A DNA stretch of 64,000 nucleotides from an uncultured bacterium (GCA_963727255.1 CAVSFC010000002.1:544001-608000); one strand, 5' to 3'; counted from the stretch's first letter, positions 19,265 through 29,640 are shown. A program made the numbers and translations. Notes: generated by a model not told the origin, from the sequence alone.

Positions 19265-22200
19265 ATGAAAAAGGTTGGATTGTCAACTTTCTTAGCTTTT
19301 TATAGCATTTCTGTATTTTGTGCATCTACAAATATTTTATCAGTAGAAGAAGAAACGTTAACGCGCGGCGGATGCTCGGGGCCAGCGGCCTCCTTCCCTT
19401 GTGGGCTAACAACTCCATGTTTTACGGTAGGAACTATAACAGCAACGGGAGATGCAACATTTAGTGCTCCTGTTTTTATTTCTGATACAACGCCAACAAC
19501 CAGCTGTTTTGACGGCGCACTCGTTGTTGCGGGTGGAGAGGCAATCGGGGGCGATCTTAATGTCTGTGGAACAATAACAGCAGGCGGCTTCAGAAAAAAT
19601 GGTGTTCTTGCAAATGAATTGCGCTCGGTACCGGGTTGCTCGGGTGGTATTTCCGGATGCACTGGCCCGAATCTTACCTTAGAAGTATTGGGAGGAGCAG
19701 GGATTCTTGATGATCTAACAGTCTGCGGAACTATTTTTGGCAATAATCTTAATGTGTGCAACAATGCAACGGTTCAAAATCTGAATGTGCTGGGCACGGG
19801 TACAATTAATAATATTGTGATTACAGGAACTGGCACGATTTCTTACGATAATTTAACGGTAACCGGTACATTAACAGCTAATAATCTCAATGTAGGAGGC
19901 ACATCTAATTTTAGTGGTCCAGTATCGGTAAATAATATAACGATTAATGGTACCGGAACTGCAAATAATTTTGTGATTAATAATAATTTAACCGTTGGTG
20001 GCACTGCCATTATAAATAATGAAATGGTAAATTATATTACGGGTAATACCGGTGTATTTAATAGCCTTATCACCAATAATTTTACAACAAACAATTTTTC
20101 AACCACAAATCTCACGGTAACCGGCACTGCAACGATAAATAATGAAACAGTAAATACTATAACGGGCAGCACAGGTAGTTTTAAGACATTAAATGTAAAC
20201 AATTTAAATGTGACTGGGCCTGTCAGTTTTAGTAATAGCACTAATAGCACGGGTTGTAATAATGGCGCAGTAACGGTTTCAGGAGGCGTTGGTGTTGGCG
20301 GCAATATTAATGTGTGTGGAACCGGTGGATTTAATAACTTGACTGTCACGGGAAATAGCACTCTTAATACCGAAACCGTGAACGTGATTACGGGCGGTAC
20401 CGGTGCTTTTAATACTTTGAAAGTGAATAATTTAAATGTGACCGGCCCGGCTAGTTTCAGTGGGCCAGTGAGTATTAGTAATACTACCCAAAGCACCGGC
20501 TGCACTAACGGTGCACTCACCGTGAGTGGCGGAGTTGGTATTGGCGGTAATTTGAATGTGTGTGGCAGTGTGAGTGGGCCAATTTCATATAAATTTTCTT
20601 CGACTTGTACGGGTGTTACGGGCAGGACAGTACAATCTAAACTTGATGATTATTGGATAAATATAAAAGATTTTGGTGCTGTAGGAAATGGCACAGCCGA
20701 TGATACTGCAGCTATTCAAGCCGCAATTAATTGCGCAGTAGCAAATGGCGGCGGAACGGTATTTTTCCCGTGCGGCACCTTTCAAATAACGAGTGCTCTC
20801 AATTGTACAATAATCGATCAGAATACTCCGGTTCGCTTTTTGGGAAGCAATGCAGGTATAGCGCAAGGCACTACAACCTGTGAAATTCTTGGTAATACTC
20901 CTAATATGATGTTTGATTGTACCGAGGGTGGTTCAATATTATTTGAGAATCTTAATCTGAGAGGTGGAACATCAACTATCGGTATCGTCATGCAGGAAGG
21001 AACATTAGATTCATCCGATGAAAATAGAATGGTATATGTGAGTATTCTGATGCCTTCTAATCCCACCGCAAATGGAGGACAAGGAACGGTAGCATTTTAT
21101 AATAATGGAGCAGAGCTTTTTACTGCTGATAGTTGTACCTTTAAGGCTGATACACCACTCATCGTAACCAACCAATCAGTAAATGCTTCTTTTAATAGTA
21201 TTTATGCAACTGCGAGTGCAGGACCAAATTCCTGTTCTATGATTGAATTTGAAAGTTGTCTATTTCTTGCCTTATCATATAATGCTATTCTACTCTATGG
21301 CCCTTCTCAATACGCGATGGACCAAATTAATTTTAAACAGTTTTATTGTCTAAATGAAGGCACGGCGTATAATCCTGGTACATTTTGCATTACAGCAAAT
21401 GCCTCTCTCATTGATTCTTCATTTTACGGGCATGCAGAAGAGTTCTTACAGTATATAAATTTTCAACAAGTAGTTACGCATGCGGATCTTTTTTTTGACG
21501 GTGGATCAACTGCTGGTGCAGGCGTGCCGCTTATAGCCCTCACTGATGTAGCTTCTAATTATGCTGCCCCTAGTGTGCAAGGATCTACGATTAATTTTTC
21601 TGCTGCAAATGTTCCTCTTCTTATGCAAATCACCACTAATTCTAATGTAAGACAAGCAACTGTTTTTGATAATATTATTTATCTTTACGGGTCGCAGGGA
21701 TTAGATTTTTCGAATGGAATTAGTGGGGGAAATATGATCTTTGCCTATCAAACCAGTTCAGTTCCTTCCATTCTCCAAGGAACCGGAACCCACGGATATT
21801 TATTATTTAACCAATCTTCCACTATGAACTTTGATGGTAATTTAAATCTGTATGGAACTGGTGCTTATCAACAGGGTGGGCAATTTTTGGTTGGCCAGGA
21901 TATTACTGGTAATAATGTGGCTGTAGGGTTGAATAGTTTTGGTAGCCCGGCATTACCCAGTGCAACGGTAACTGGTATTGATAATACGGCAGTTGGCGCT
22001 GGCGCATTAGGAGCACTCACTTCAGGCAATCAAAATTGTGCATTTGGTTTTCAAGCTTTGAATGCAAATAATGTTGGTAGTAGTAACGTGGCGATGGGTT
22101 ACGATGCTATGCAATCGGTAACTGGCGGTGCTAACAACGTTGCAATTGGTTTTGTAGCTTTGCAAAATGGAAAGAATGCAAATACTAATGTAGCAATTGG

Positions 22201-23467
22201 CTCTTATGCCATGAATGCTGCGCATGGGTCTAATAACGTGGCGTTAGGTAATGATGCGATGATTAGTGCCTCCGGTAGCGGTAATGTGGCGATTGGGGTT
22301 GCTACTTTAGCAAGTAATGTGAGCTCAAGTCAAAACATAGCTATTGGATCCGATGCGATGGCTAGCATAACTTCGGGTAGCTCTAATATCGCGGTTGGGC
22401 AAAATGCTTTAAACACTGCAAATGCAGCAAGCCTCAATGTGGCAATCGGAAGCTCAGCTCAGTCTTCTGCAGTTAATGCTTCCTCAAATGTGGCGATTGG
22501 AGTAAACGCAATGTCGAATGCAAGTGGTACAAGCAGCAATATTGCTCTGGGACAGAATGCAATGCAGAATGCTCCTAGTGCAACTTTAAATGTTGCGATT
22601 GGAGCAGGCGCAATGGGGTCTGCTATTGCTGCAAATACTAACGTAGCAATAGGTGAATACGCGATGGCAAATGCAAGTGGCTCAACGCAGAACGTTGCTT
22701 TGGGAATGAATGCTATGGTCTTTGCTACCGGAACAAATCTTACCGGCAGTAATAACGTTGCAATAGGAACGGCAGCAATGGCGAATGCAATGGGTTCAAA
22801 TTCAAATGTGGCAATAGGCGCGGGTACTCTTTATAGCAATACGGGTTCAAATAACGTTGCAATTGGTACCAATGCCCTTGATAATAGCTTAACTGGCGCT
22901 AAAAATATTGCCATCGGCAATAATGCCGGATCTGCATTAGTTGCCGGCGAAAGCAATAATATAGATATAGCTAATAATGGCGTAGCCGGAGATCAAGGAG
23001 TTATTCGTTTGGGTACTCAAAGTACCCAAACCAGTTGTTATGTTGCAGGAGTTTTTGGTGTCACCGGGGCAACCGGATCTGCAATTCCAGTGTATATAAG
23101 TTCTAATGGCCAGCTCGGCACGGTTGCATCATCACGCAGATATAAAACAGACATTTGCGATATTAGCGGGCAGCAGGAAAAAATGCTCAAGTTGCGGCCG
23201 GTTACCTTTGCATATAAGCATGATACAAGCAATAACAAGCAATATGGTTTGATTGCCGAAGAGGTTGCTGAACTGTATCCGGAAATGATTGTGCGGGATG
23301 GAGCGGGTGAAATTTACACGATCAATTATCTGGCACTGATTCCATTGTTACTCAATCAGATTCAGGAAATGGAAAATGAGATGAGAGTGCGCGATATGCA
23401 GTATAATGCACAAATTTCAGAATTGCGTACGATGGTCAATAAACTAATGGTTCTTTTGCCAGCCTAA
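19265..23467 (+). CDS. Sec-exported tailspike/fibre-like protein: beta-repeat shaft, pectate-lyase-3-like beta-helix, YadA-head-like repeats, C-terminal peptidase S74 chaperone
   Basis: Signal peptide; GA(L/V)xVxGGxxxGGxxNVCG repeats; INIKDFGAVGNGTADDTAAIQAAI...GGGTVFFPCG; many NVAIGxxA repeats; SSRRYK...LRPVTF...GLIAEEV...INY then coiled coil. Confidence 0.88.
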   Translation: MKKVGLSTFLAFYSISVFCASTNILSVEEETLTRGGCSGPAASFPCGLTTPCFTVGTITATGDATFSAPVFISDTTPTTSCFDGALVVAGGEAIGGDLNVCGTITAGGFRKNGVLANELRSVPGCSGGISGCTGPNLTLEVLGGAGILDDLTVCGTIFGNNLNVCNNATVQNLNVLGTGTINNIVITGTGTISYDNLTVTGTLTANNLNVGGTSNFSGPVSVNNITINGTGTANNFVINNNLTVGGTAIINNEMVNYITGNTGVFNSLITNNFTTNNFSTTNLTVTGTATINNETVNTITGSTGSFKTLNVNNLNVTGPVSFSNSTNSTGCNNGAVTVSGGVGVGGNINVCGTGGFNNLTVTGNSTLNTETVNVITGGTGAFNTLKVNNLNVTGPASFSGPVSISNTTQSTGCTNGALTVSGGVGIGGNLNVCGSVSGPISYKFSSTCTGVTGRTVQSKLDDYWINIKDFGAVGNGTADDTAAIQAAINCAVANGGGTVFFPCGTFQITSALNCTIIDQNTPVRFLGSNAGIAQGTTTCEILGNTPNMMFDCTEGGSILFENLNLRGGTSTIGIVMQEGTLDSSDENRMVYVSILMPSNPTANGGQGTVAFYNNGAELFTADSCTFKADTPLIVTNQSVNASFNSIYATASAGPNSCSMIEFESCLFLALSYNAILLYGPSQYAMDQINFKQFYCLNEGTAYNPGTFCITANASLIDSSFYGHAEEFLQYINFQQVVTHADLFFDGGSTAGAGVPLIALTDVASNYAAPSVQGSTINFSAANVPLLMQITTNSNVRQATVFDNIIYLYGSQGLDFSNGISGGNMIFAYQTSSVPSILQGTGTHGYLLFNQSSTMNFDGNLNLYGTGAYQQGGQFLVGQDITGNNVAVGLNSFGSPALPSATVTGIDNTAVGAGALGALTSGNQNCAFGFQALNANNVGSSNVAMGYDAMQSVTGGANNVAIGFVALQNGKNANTNVAIGSYAMNAAHGSNNVALGNDAMISASGSGNVAIGVATLASNVSSSQNIAIGSDAMASITSGSSNIAVGQNALNTANAASLNVAIGSSAQSSAVNASSNVAIGVNAMSNASGTSSNIALGQNAMQNAPSATLNVAIGAGAMGSAIAANTNVAIGEYAMANASGSTQNVALGMNAMVFATGTNLTGSNNVAIGTAAMANAMGSNSNVAIGAGTLYSNTGSNNVAIGTNALDNSLTGAKNIAIGNNAGSALVAGESNNIDIANNGVAGDQGVIRLGTQSTQTSCYVAGVFGVTGATGSAIPVYISSNGQLGTVASSRRYKTDICDISGQQEKMLKLRPVTFAYKHDTSNNKQYGLIAEEVAELYPEMIVRDGAGEIYTINYLALIPLLLNQIQEMENEMRVRDMQYNAQISELRTMVNKLMVLLPA

Positions 23468-23491
23468 AAAATAAGAGTGGCTTCATATTTG

Positions 23492-23530
23492 GGATCCCTT
23501 GCTTTGAAAAAGTGAGGGATCCGAGTTTTT
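23492..23530 (+). terminator. Probable intrinsic terminator
   Basis: ggatcccttgcttt / aaagtgagggatcc stem followed by ttttt. Confidence 0.7.
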
Positions 23531-23635
23531 GTAAGAAATATTTTTTTCTTGAGCTATCAAAATTGCACCATTTTTGGTTTTGCCGTATCATAAACCTTAT
23601 AAAACAATTTCATTCTTATCAAAGGTACTTTTACC

Positions 23636-25960
23636 ATGAAACTCTCATTATCTTGGCTTTGCGATCACATTGATGCTGACTGGAGAAAAATAGATGTCCC
23701 GGCGTTGGTGAATTTGTTTAATAAAACCACGGCTGAGATTGAGGGATTTGATAAGGTTAAAATCGATCTTAAAAAATTGGCTGCTGCAAAAGTAAAAGAG
23801 ACTAATAGCCGAGCGATAATTGTAGAAGTTCCTGAATGGAAACATACCATCGATATGCCTATCCGCGCAGAAGCAGAAGTTAATCAGACTTATCTCATTG
23901 CTCGCGAAGGGCAAAGCTATGCATGGGCAAAATTAAGCCATTTTGGTTCAGAAAAAGAAGGCCTCTTGCCCGCATTCTCTCTCGAAGAAAAAGAATTGCA
24001 TGGGGATTGGAAAAAATTAGTTGAAGAAGAAGATATAATTCTCCATCTTGATAATAAATCAGTAAATCATCGGCCGGATATGTGGGGCCATCGTGGGGTG
24101 GCAAGAGAAGTAGCTGCGATGCTTAAAGTGCCATTCAAAGCGCTTGATGATATGCTCATTTCTCATGCGATTGAACAACCTAAAAATGGAAAAACTGCCC
24201 AATCAAAAGATTTTAGTATCACCGTTGAAAATCCTGAATCATGCCGCAGATTTGCGGGCCTATACTTTCCTCGCATTGATTCATTGGCAAGCACCATCAA
24301 AATTGGCGCTCGGCTGGTAAAAGTTGATAGTCGCCCGATCAATATGATCGTTGATGCAACCAATTATGTAATGCTCGATATTAGCCAACCGATGCATGCA
24401 TTTGATTCTCAAAAACTATCATCACCTTCGATTGTGGTGCGCAATGCAAAAAATAAAGAATCAATCACGTTGCTCGATGGGCAAGTTATAGAACTAACAA
24501 GCGATGATTGCGTGATCACCGATGGCAAGAAGCCAATTGCACTTGCGGGAATTATGGGAAGCAATAATTCCGGGGTTGATACCAAAAAATCAACAGACAG
24601 TCTCTTTTTAGAATCAGCAAATTTTAATCCGAGTGTGATCCGTAAAACGGCAGGACGTGTAAAAAAACGGACCGAAGCCTCTGCACGTTTTGAAAAAGAT
24701 CTTGATCCAAATCAAATAAGTATTGGAATTCAGCGTTTTTTAAAAGTAATGGATGATGCAAAAGTTGCGTGCAAAACCGGTGATCCTATTATGATAGTTG
24801 GTCCGGAAGCTCCACAAAAAAAGCTAGAAATTTCTCATGCCTATATTCAGAATTTGCTTGGGGTTACCATTGATCCCAAATTTGTAATTAAAACTCTCGA
24901 GAAGCTTGAATTTGCAGTGAGTGAAAAAGATGGAGCATATCATATTAGTGTGCCTTCATTCCGAGCAACCAAAGATATCAGTATCAAACAAGATATTGTT
25001 GAAGAAGTAGGTAGATTCTATGGCTATGATAATGTGCCTGAAGTTTTTCCTTCACGCGAGACTAAGCCGTTTGATCTAACACCGGTAATGCGCAAAAGAA
25101 AAATTAAGCAATTACTTGCCTATGCGCTTAACATGCATGAAGTATATACCTATGCCTTCTTTGATGAATCATTCTTGCAAATTATTAACTGGCAACCTGG
25201 CAAAACACTGCGCGTTCAGGAAGCAGTTTCAGAAAATTGGCAACGATTGGTGACAAGTTTAGTTCCAAATTTATTAAAAGTTGTTCATGCGCATGCAAGC
25301 GAGCTTGATCAGATGAACTTTTTTGATTGGGCGCGTATTTGGCCTGAAGAAAAAGAGCTGGAAGAAAAAGCATCGCTGGCCGGGATTTTTGTGCATCAAA
25401 AACAAGCGGTTGATTTTTATGAGTGCAAACAGCAACTTTGCAAAATTGCCCGTTTGCTCGGTGTGAAATTTGATTGGGTTAAGGCTGATGAAAGCAAACT
25501 TGAACCCTGGTATTTGCCCTATCAAACCGGATATCTGATGTGCGATGGGAATTTGATCGGCGTTGCAGGAAAAGTAAATCCTGCCTTCTTTAATAGAGTT
25601 GCATCGGGTGATGCGTTCATTTTTGAGCTTGATGGTGATTTCTTGCTTAATCATATGATTGCTCCTAAACGATTTGTGCCAGCGCATAAATATCCAACGA
25701 TAGTGCGCGATGTGAGTATGCTTATCCCGCTTTCAGCCACCGTTCAATCCTTGCGCGATGCGCTGAAAAAAATTGATGTTAAAATTTCACAGGTTGATTT
25801 GCTCGATTTCTTTGAAAAGCCTGAATGGAAAGATCAAAAATCGCTCACTTTCAGAATTACTTTAGTTGATCCGAATGCTACCATGACCACGGCGCAAGCA
25901 GACACCATTATGAATGCGGTGAATGCATACTTGCAAAAACAAGGGGCTACCATTAGATGA
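23636..25960 (+). CDS. pheT: Phenylalanine--tRNA ligase beta subunit
   Basis: MKLSLSWL, NHRPDMWGHRGVAREVAA, QPMHAFD, EASARFEK, DIVEEVGRFYGYDN, C-terminal FDX-ACB (RDVS..SLTFRI). Confidence 0.95.
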   Translation: MKLSLSWLCDHIDADWRKIDVPALVNLFNKTTAEIEGFDKVKIDLKKLAAAKVKETNSRAIIVEVPEWKHTIDMPIRAEAEVNQTYLIAREGQSYAWAKLSHFGSEKEGLLPAFSLEEKELHGDWKKLVEEEDIILHLDNKSVNHRPDMWGHRGVAREVAAMLKVPFKALDDMLISHAIEQPKNGKTAQSKDFSITVENPESCRRFAGLYFPRIDSLASTIKIGARLVKVDSRPINMIVDATNYVMLDISQPMHAFDSQKLSSPSIVVRNAKNKESITLLDGQVIELTSDDCVITDGKKPIALAGIMGSNNSGVDTKKSTDSLFLESANFNPSVIRKTAGRVKKRTEASARFEKDLDPNQISIGIQRFLKVMDDAKVACKTGDPIMIVGPEAPQKKLEISHAYIQNLLGVTIDPKFVIKTLEKLEFAVSEKDGAYHISVPSFRATKDISIKQDIVEEVGRFYGYDNVPEVFPSRETKPFDLTPVMRKRKIKQLLAYALNMHEVYTYAFFDESFLQIINWQPGKTLRVQEAVSENWQRLVTSLVPNLLKVVHAHASELDQMNFFDWARIWPEEKELEEKASLAGIFVHQKQAVDFYECKQQLCKIARLLGVKFDWVKADESKLEPWYLPYQTGYLMCDGNLIGVAGKVNPAFFNRVASGDAFIFELDGDFLLNHMIAPKRFVPAHKYPTIVRDVSMLIPLSATVQSLRDALKKIDVKISQVDLLDFFEKPEWKDQKSLTFRITLVDPNATMTTAQADTIMNAVNAYLQKQGATIR

Positions 25961-26415
25961 ATAATCGATCAGTAAGAAATTATGGTATTCTTGCTCTCAT
26001 AATCATTCTCGCCGACAGGCTCTCTAAAGATTGGGCACTTAAGCTCACCGGTGAAAAAATTATCAATCCATTTCTTTCATTCGATCTCACCTTTAATCGT
26101 GGTATTAATTGGGGTTTTTTTAATTCCACTAATCCGGCATTATTTTTTTTTATTAATATCGCCATAGCGATAGTGATTATCGGATTAGTTGGCTATACCT
26201 ATTTTTGTTGGAAACTTAAGCAACCGATTACTGGACATGTTTTAATTCTTGCGGGCGCTGTATCCAATTATTTTGATCGTATTATTTATGGCGGAGTGAT
26301 TGATTTTATTGTTCTCTCATGGACCCACTGGACATGGCCCGCATTTAATATTGCCGATGCTGCCATCTGCATAGGCATAGGATTAATCGCGCTACACATT
26401 TATCGAGAAAAATGA
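25957..26415 (+). CDS. lspA: Lipoprotein signal peptidase II
   Basis: DRLSK, NRGINWG, GAVSNYFDR, GGVIDF, FNIADAAI. Confidence 0.95.
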   Translation: MNNRSVRNYGILALIIILADRLSKDWALKLTGEKIINPFLSFDLTFNRGINWGFFNSTNPALFFFINIAIAIVIIGLVGYTYFCWKLKQPITGHVLILAGAVSNYFDRIIYGGVIDFIVLSWTHWTWPAFNIADAAICIGIGLIALHIYREK

Positions 26416-26419
26416 AAAA

Positions 26420-27109
26420 ATGCACCAAGAATTACTCAAACTAATTTCACAAAAAGTTTCTCGGGCATTTAATCTCGGCATGGACCATCTGATTGCGCCA
26501 CCATTTTGCGCACACTGCAAAGATTTTTTATCAACCCGCATGATTTTTTGCATCGAATGCTATGAGAAAATTGATCCGATTGTTTCGGTGCAGATACCGA
26601 TCACTAAAACTAAATCCATGGCGGTTATTGCGGTTTCTGATTATCAAGAACCCCTTAAATCTTTAATCTTGGCAAAATCGTGGGGAGATATTGTGGCAAG
26701 CAATCAACTGGGACAATTAATCTGGCAGATGACCTATTTTAAGCAGATGCCCTGCGATTTTCTGATTCCAATTCCGCTCCATTGGATGCGCTATGCAAAG
26801 CGGGGCTATAATCAAGCGGAAGAGATTGCTCGAGTGCTGGCTGCCTATAAAAATGTACCGGTTACCACTATTCTCAAGCGTGTAAAACATACACCATTTC
26901 AATCTTCACTTGCACATGATAAGCGCATGGGTAATGTAAAAGAAGCATTCGCATTAAAAAATAGTGATCTTACTATCTATCAAAACAAACATTTAGTGCT
27001 CGTTGATGATCTTATGACCACTGGATCAACATTAGTATCGGCAGCAAAAGTTTTACTACCTCTTCATCCTCAATCTATTACTGCTGTGGTAGTAGCCCGC
27101 GTATGTTAA
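26420..27109 (+). CDS. comF: ComF family phosphoribosyltransferase-like protein
   Basis: CxxC..CxxC zinc finger, PIPLH..RGYNQA, LVDDLMTTGSTL. Confidence 0.92.
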   Translation: MHQELLKLISQKVSRAFNLGMDHLIAPPFCAHCKDFLSTRMIFCIECYEKIDPIVSVQIPITKTKSMAVIAVSDYQEPLKSLILAKSWGDIVASNQLGQLIWQMTYFKQMPCDFLIPIPLHWMRYAKRGYNQAEEIARVLAAYKNVPVTTILKRVKHTPFQSSLAHDKRMGNVKEAFALKNSDLTIYQNKHLVLVDDLMTTGSTLVSAAKVLLPLHPQSITAVVVARVC

Positions 27110-28349
27110 AACACAGTTCACAGTCCTTTAATTTTTTTTGAGGATAACAATTGCAATCTGATTCAAGATCTACTGGAGCGGGAGGAGGAGGAGTCTTTGG
27201 GATTTTTAAACAAAGTTCACAATCCTTAAGCTTTTTTGAGGGATTGCAGGTGCAATTTTTTTCAAGATTATTCCTTTCAGTGCATTTTTTGCAATCTGAT
27301 TTGTTGCATGAACATGATTTATCTTGATTTAAAAGCTTACTGCCAAGTCCTATATTCACATTAAGGGCAGTGGTTGTCGCTTTTGCTTCGAGATAGCCAA
27401 GAATTATAGCCATAAGAACTGGTGAAAAATAGCCTGCAGGGATTGTTACCGCATTAGGATTATTAGGATTGACTGGGCTTACGGTAAGTAACGTTTCATA
27501 GTCATCATGGATAATTGATTCACAAACTAGATCACATAATAACCGTTCTCGTTCAAAAGTTTTATGCATGTGTTTTTTATGTACATCATTATCAGGATTC
27601 AAATGCCATAAATCACTCGTATGACCTATGTGAGCTGGATCGTATCGTAATAATTGGGCACTGAACATCTTAGTTTTATCATGAGTTAAATGCCCCAAGG
27701 TATCAGACATATTTTTTCGCCAGTAGTTATTTAAACCCTCGAGCCAATTAAAATTATCTTTAAGCACTTTGTCTTTGAAAGTTTCATAGGTTGTTGTTTC
27801 TGTATACTCTCTCTTTTGCGTTTCACTTGTAGTAGGTTCATTTTGAGATGGCGGTAGATTTTGTGCACTCCGAAGAAATGAATCAAGGATATGAGCAGTA
27901 CTTTGGTCTTTTTTCATTTTATAGGTGGCATATCCTCGTAGTACTGCTATTAAGTGAGGAGAAAAATATCCAGAAATTTGCTCATGGGCCCGAATTATTG
28001 ATTCTGCTATCGCAGGATTTGGACTGCGATAAGTGCCATAAAAATAAAACCATCGATCATCATAACCAACAATTGATCCCTCTGCTTCTATCAATAATTG
28101 TTTTTGTCTTCTGGTTGCTTTGCCAATATTACCTTCTTTAGGATCGGTCCATTTTTTACCTATTTCAAATTTTTCATGGTGGGTATGGCTTGGATTTAAT
28201 TTTAATATTTCTTGGCAATGCTTGATCGATTCTCCTTGTGTTATATAGGTCATAGGATCGACTGATTTATCTAAGTAATGAATTAACTTTTCCATGCTTA
28301 AAGAGGGAAATGATGTGCTAATCATGATGAATAATGATAATGGACGCAT
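27078..28349 (-). CDS. Secreted hypothetical protein with Cys-rich repeated C-terminus
   Basis: Signal SLS|MEK; GYFSP motif twice; CxCxPxKKLKDCELC twice; PPPPAP. Confidence 0.82.
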   Translation of the reverse strand: MRPLSLFIMISTSFPSLSMEKLIHYLDKSVDPMTYITQGESIKHCQEILKLNPSHTHHEKFEIGKKWTDPKEGNIGKATRRQKQLLIEAEGSIVGYDDRWFYFYGTYRSPNPAIAESIIRAHEQISGYFSPHLIAVLRGYATYKMKKDQSTAHILDSFLRSAQNLPPSQNEPTTSETQKREYTETTTYETFKDKVLKDNFNWLEGLNNYWRKNMSDTLGHLTHDKTKMFSAQLLRYDPAHIGHTSDLWHLNPDNDVHKKHMHKTFERERLLCDLVCESIIHDDYETLLTVSPVNPNNPNAVTIPAGYFSPVLMAIILGYLEAKATTTALNVNIGLGSKLLNQDKSCSCNKSDCKKCTERNNLEKNCTCNPSKKLKDCELCLKIPKTPPPPAPVDLESDCNCYPQKKLKDCELCFNIRGLLPQQ

Positions 28350-28542
28350 TGGGATCCTTTTTTAAGTGAGGGTTGCTAATGCTGAGGATCAGCATATGTA
28401 ACTAAAAAATGGAAATCAACCAATTTTTTTTGCGAGTATTTTCATTTATTAACCGTTCATCCGCTTGATAGACTGGGCATTTTGAGGTATACCTTAAGAA
28501 ATCAGGTACAAATGTTTAACTCTATTATTTGCATAAAAGGAT

Positions 28543-29574
28543 ATGCTTATGAAGAATCTTTCATCTAAAATGAGCTGCGCTCTTGTGATGTTTTCTATTG
28601 CTTTCTTACCCGGATGTTGGCTTAAAGAGAAGTTAGGACTCGATAAAAAAGTAACAACATCAGCGGTAGCTGCCGGCAATACCACCGAGGTCATCGCAAC
28701 TATCGATGGCAAACCGTTAATGACAGCTGGTGAATTTGAGAAACAATTCAAGAATTTTATTGAAAAGCATCCGATGGGCTCATATTTGGCCCAAATGGAA
28801 GGCGTTGATCGCAAAATTTTTGAAGGTTTAGTGAGCCAGAAAGTTATGAATCGCTGGGTTGAAGAGCAACGCATTAATGAGAGCCCGGAATATAAAGAAT
28901 ATCTTGATCAATTAGTGCAAATGCTTAATGCGCGTTTCTTCCAAATGAAACATCCGGTGGCTGTGACAGATGCTGAAATTAAAGCATTCTATGATCAAAA
29001 CAAAGAAAATATGCCAGAAGCAGTATTATCGCGGGGCGGCATGAATGTAACCGGTGTTGAATTTGCAAAAGAAGCTGATGCTAAAGCATTCCTAGAAAAA
29101 GCAAAAGGCAAAGGCGCAACATTGGAAAAAGTTGCTAAAGAAGCGAATTTGGGCGATAAGTTCCGCGACTTCAAATTGGTCAATGCAGCAAGCATCGGAG
29201 TCGATGCGGGATTGCGTGATAAAATTGTTGCGGTTAAAAAGTTCCCTGCTCTTGAAGTGTTCAAGGCAAAGGATGGCAGCTTCTGGGTGGTATATGTTTC
29301 AGGCAAAGAAGAGCAAAAATATCGCTCATATGAAGAGCTCAAACCAGCTATTGAACAACGCCTAAGTGCTCAAAAGCAAGAACAGGCGATGGAAAAAGCA
29401 ATGGAACAACTCAAGAAGGATTATAAAGTAGAAATCAAAGAAGAGTACTTCATCAAAAAAAATGTGCCGGGAGCACAAGAAGTAGAAAATGCTGAACAAT
29501 TGGAAATGGTGATGCCTGAAGCACAAGAAAATGCCAAAGGCAAACCCGTAGCTTCTACAACTAAAGCAGCCTAG
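28543..29574 (+). CDS. PrsA/SurA-like peptidylprolyl isomerase lipoprotein
   Basis: Lipobox FLPGC; VIATIDGK; VTDAEIKAFYDQNKE; YEELKPAIEQRL. Confidence 0.8.
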   Translation: MLMKNLSSKMSCALVMFSIAFLPGCWLKEKLGLDKKVTTSAVAAGNTTEVIATIDGKPLMTAGEFEKQFKNFIEKHPMGSYLAQMEGVDRKIFEGLVSQKVMNRWVEEQRINESPEYKEYLDQLVQMLNARFFQMKHPVAVTDAEIKAFYDQNKENMPEAVLSRGGMNVTGVEFAKEADAKAFLEKAKGKGATLEKVAKEANLGDKFRDFKLVNAASIGVDAGLRDKIVAVKKFPALEVFKAKDGSFWVVYVSGKEEQKYRSYEELKPAIEQRLSAQKQEQAMEKAMEQLKKDYKVEIKEEYFIKKNVPGAQEVENAEQLEMVMPEAQENAKGKPVASTTKAA

Positions 29575-29609
29575 TATCATAGATCTTAATTCTGCTATAC
29601 TAAGCAAAA

Positions 29610-29640
29610 GAGAGGGGAATCATTATGATTCCCCCTTTTT
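29610..29640 (+). terminator. Probable intrinsic terminator
   Basis: ggggaatcat-t-atgattcccc followed by ttttt. Confidence 0.7.

Noticed and set aside
19265..23467. Prophage or tailocin locus
   Set aside because: No other phage structural, lysis or integrase genes nearby, and the protein has a signal peptide.
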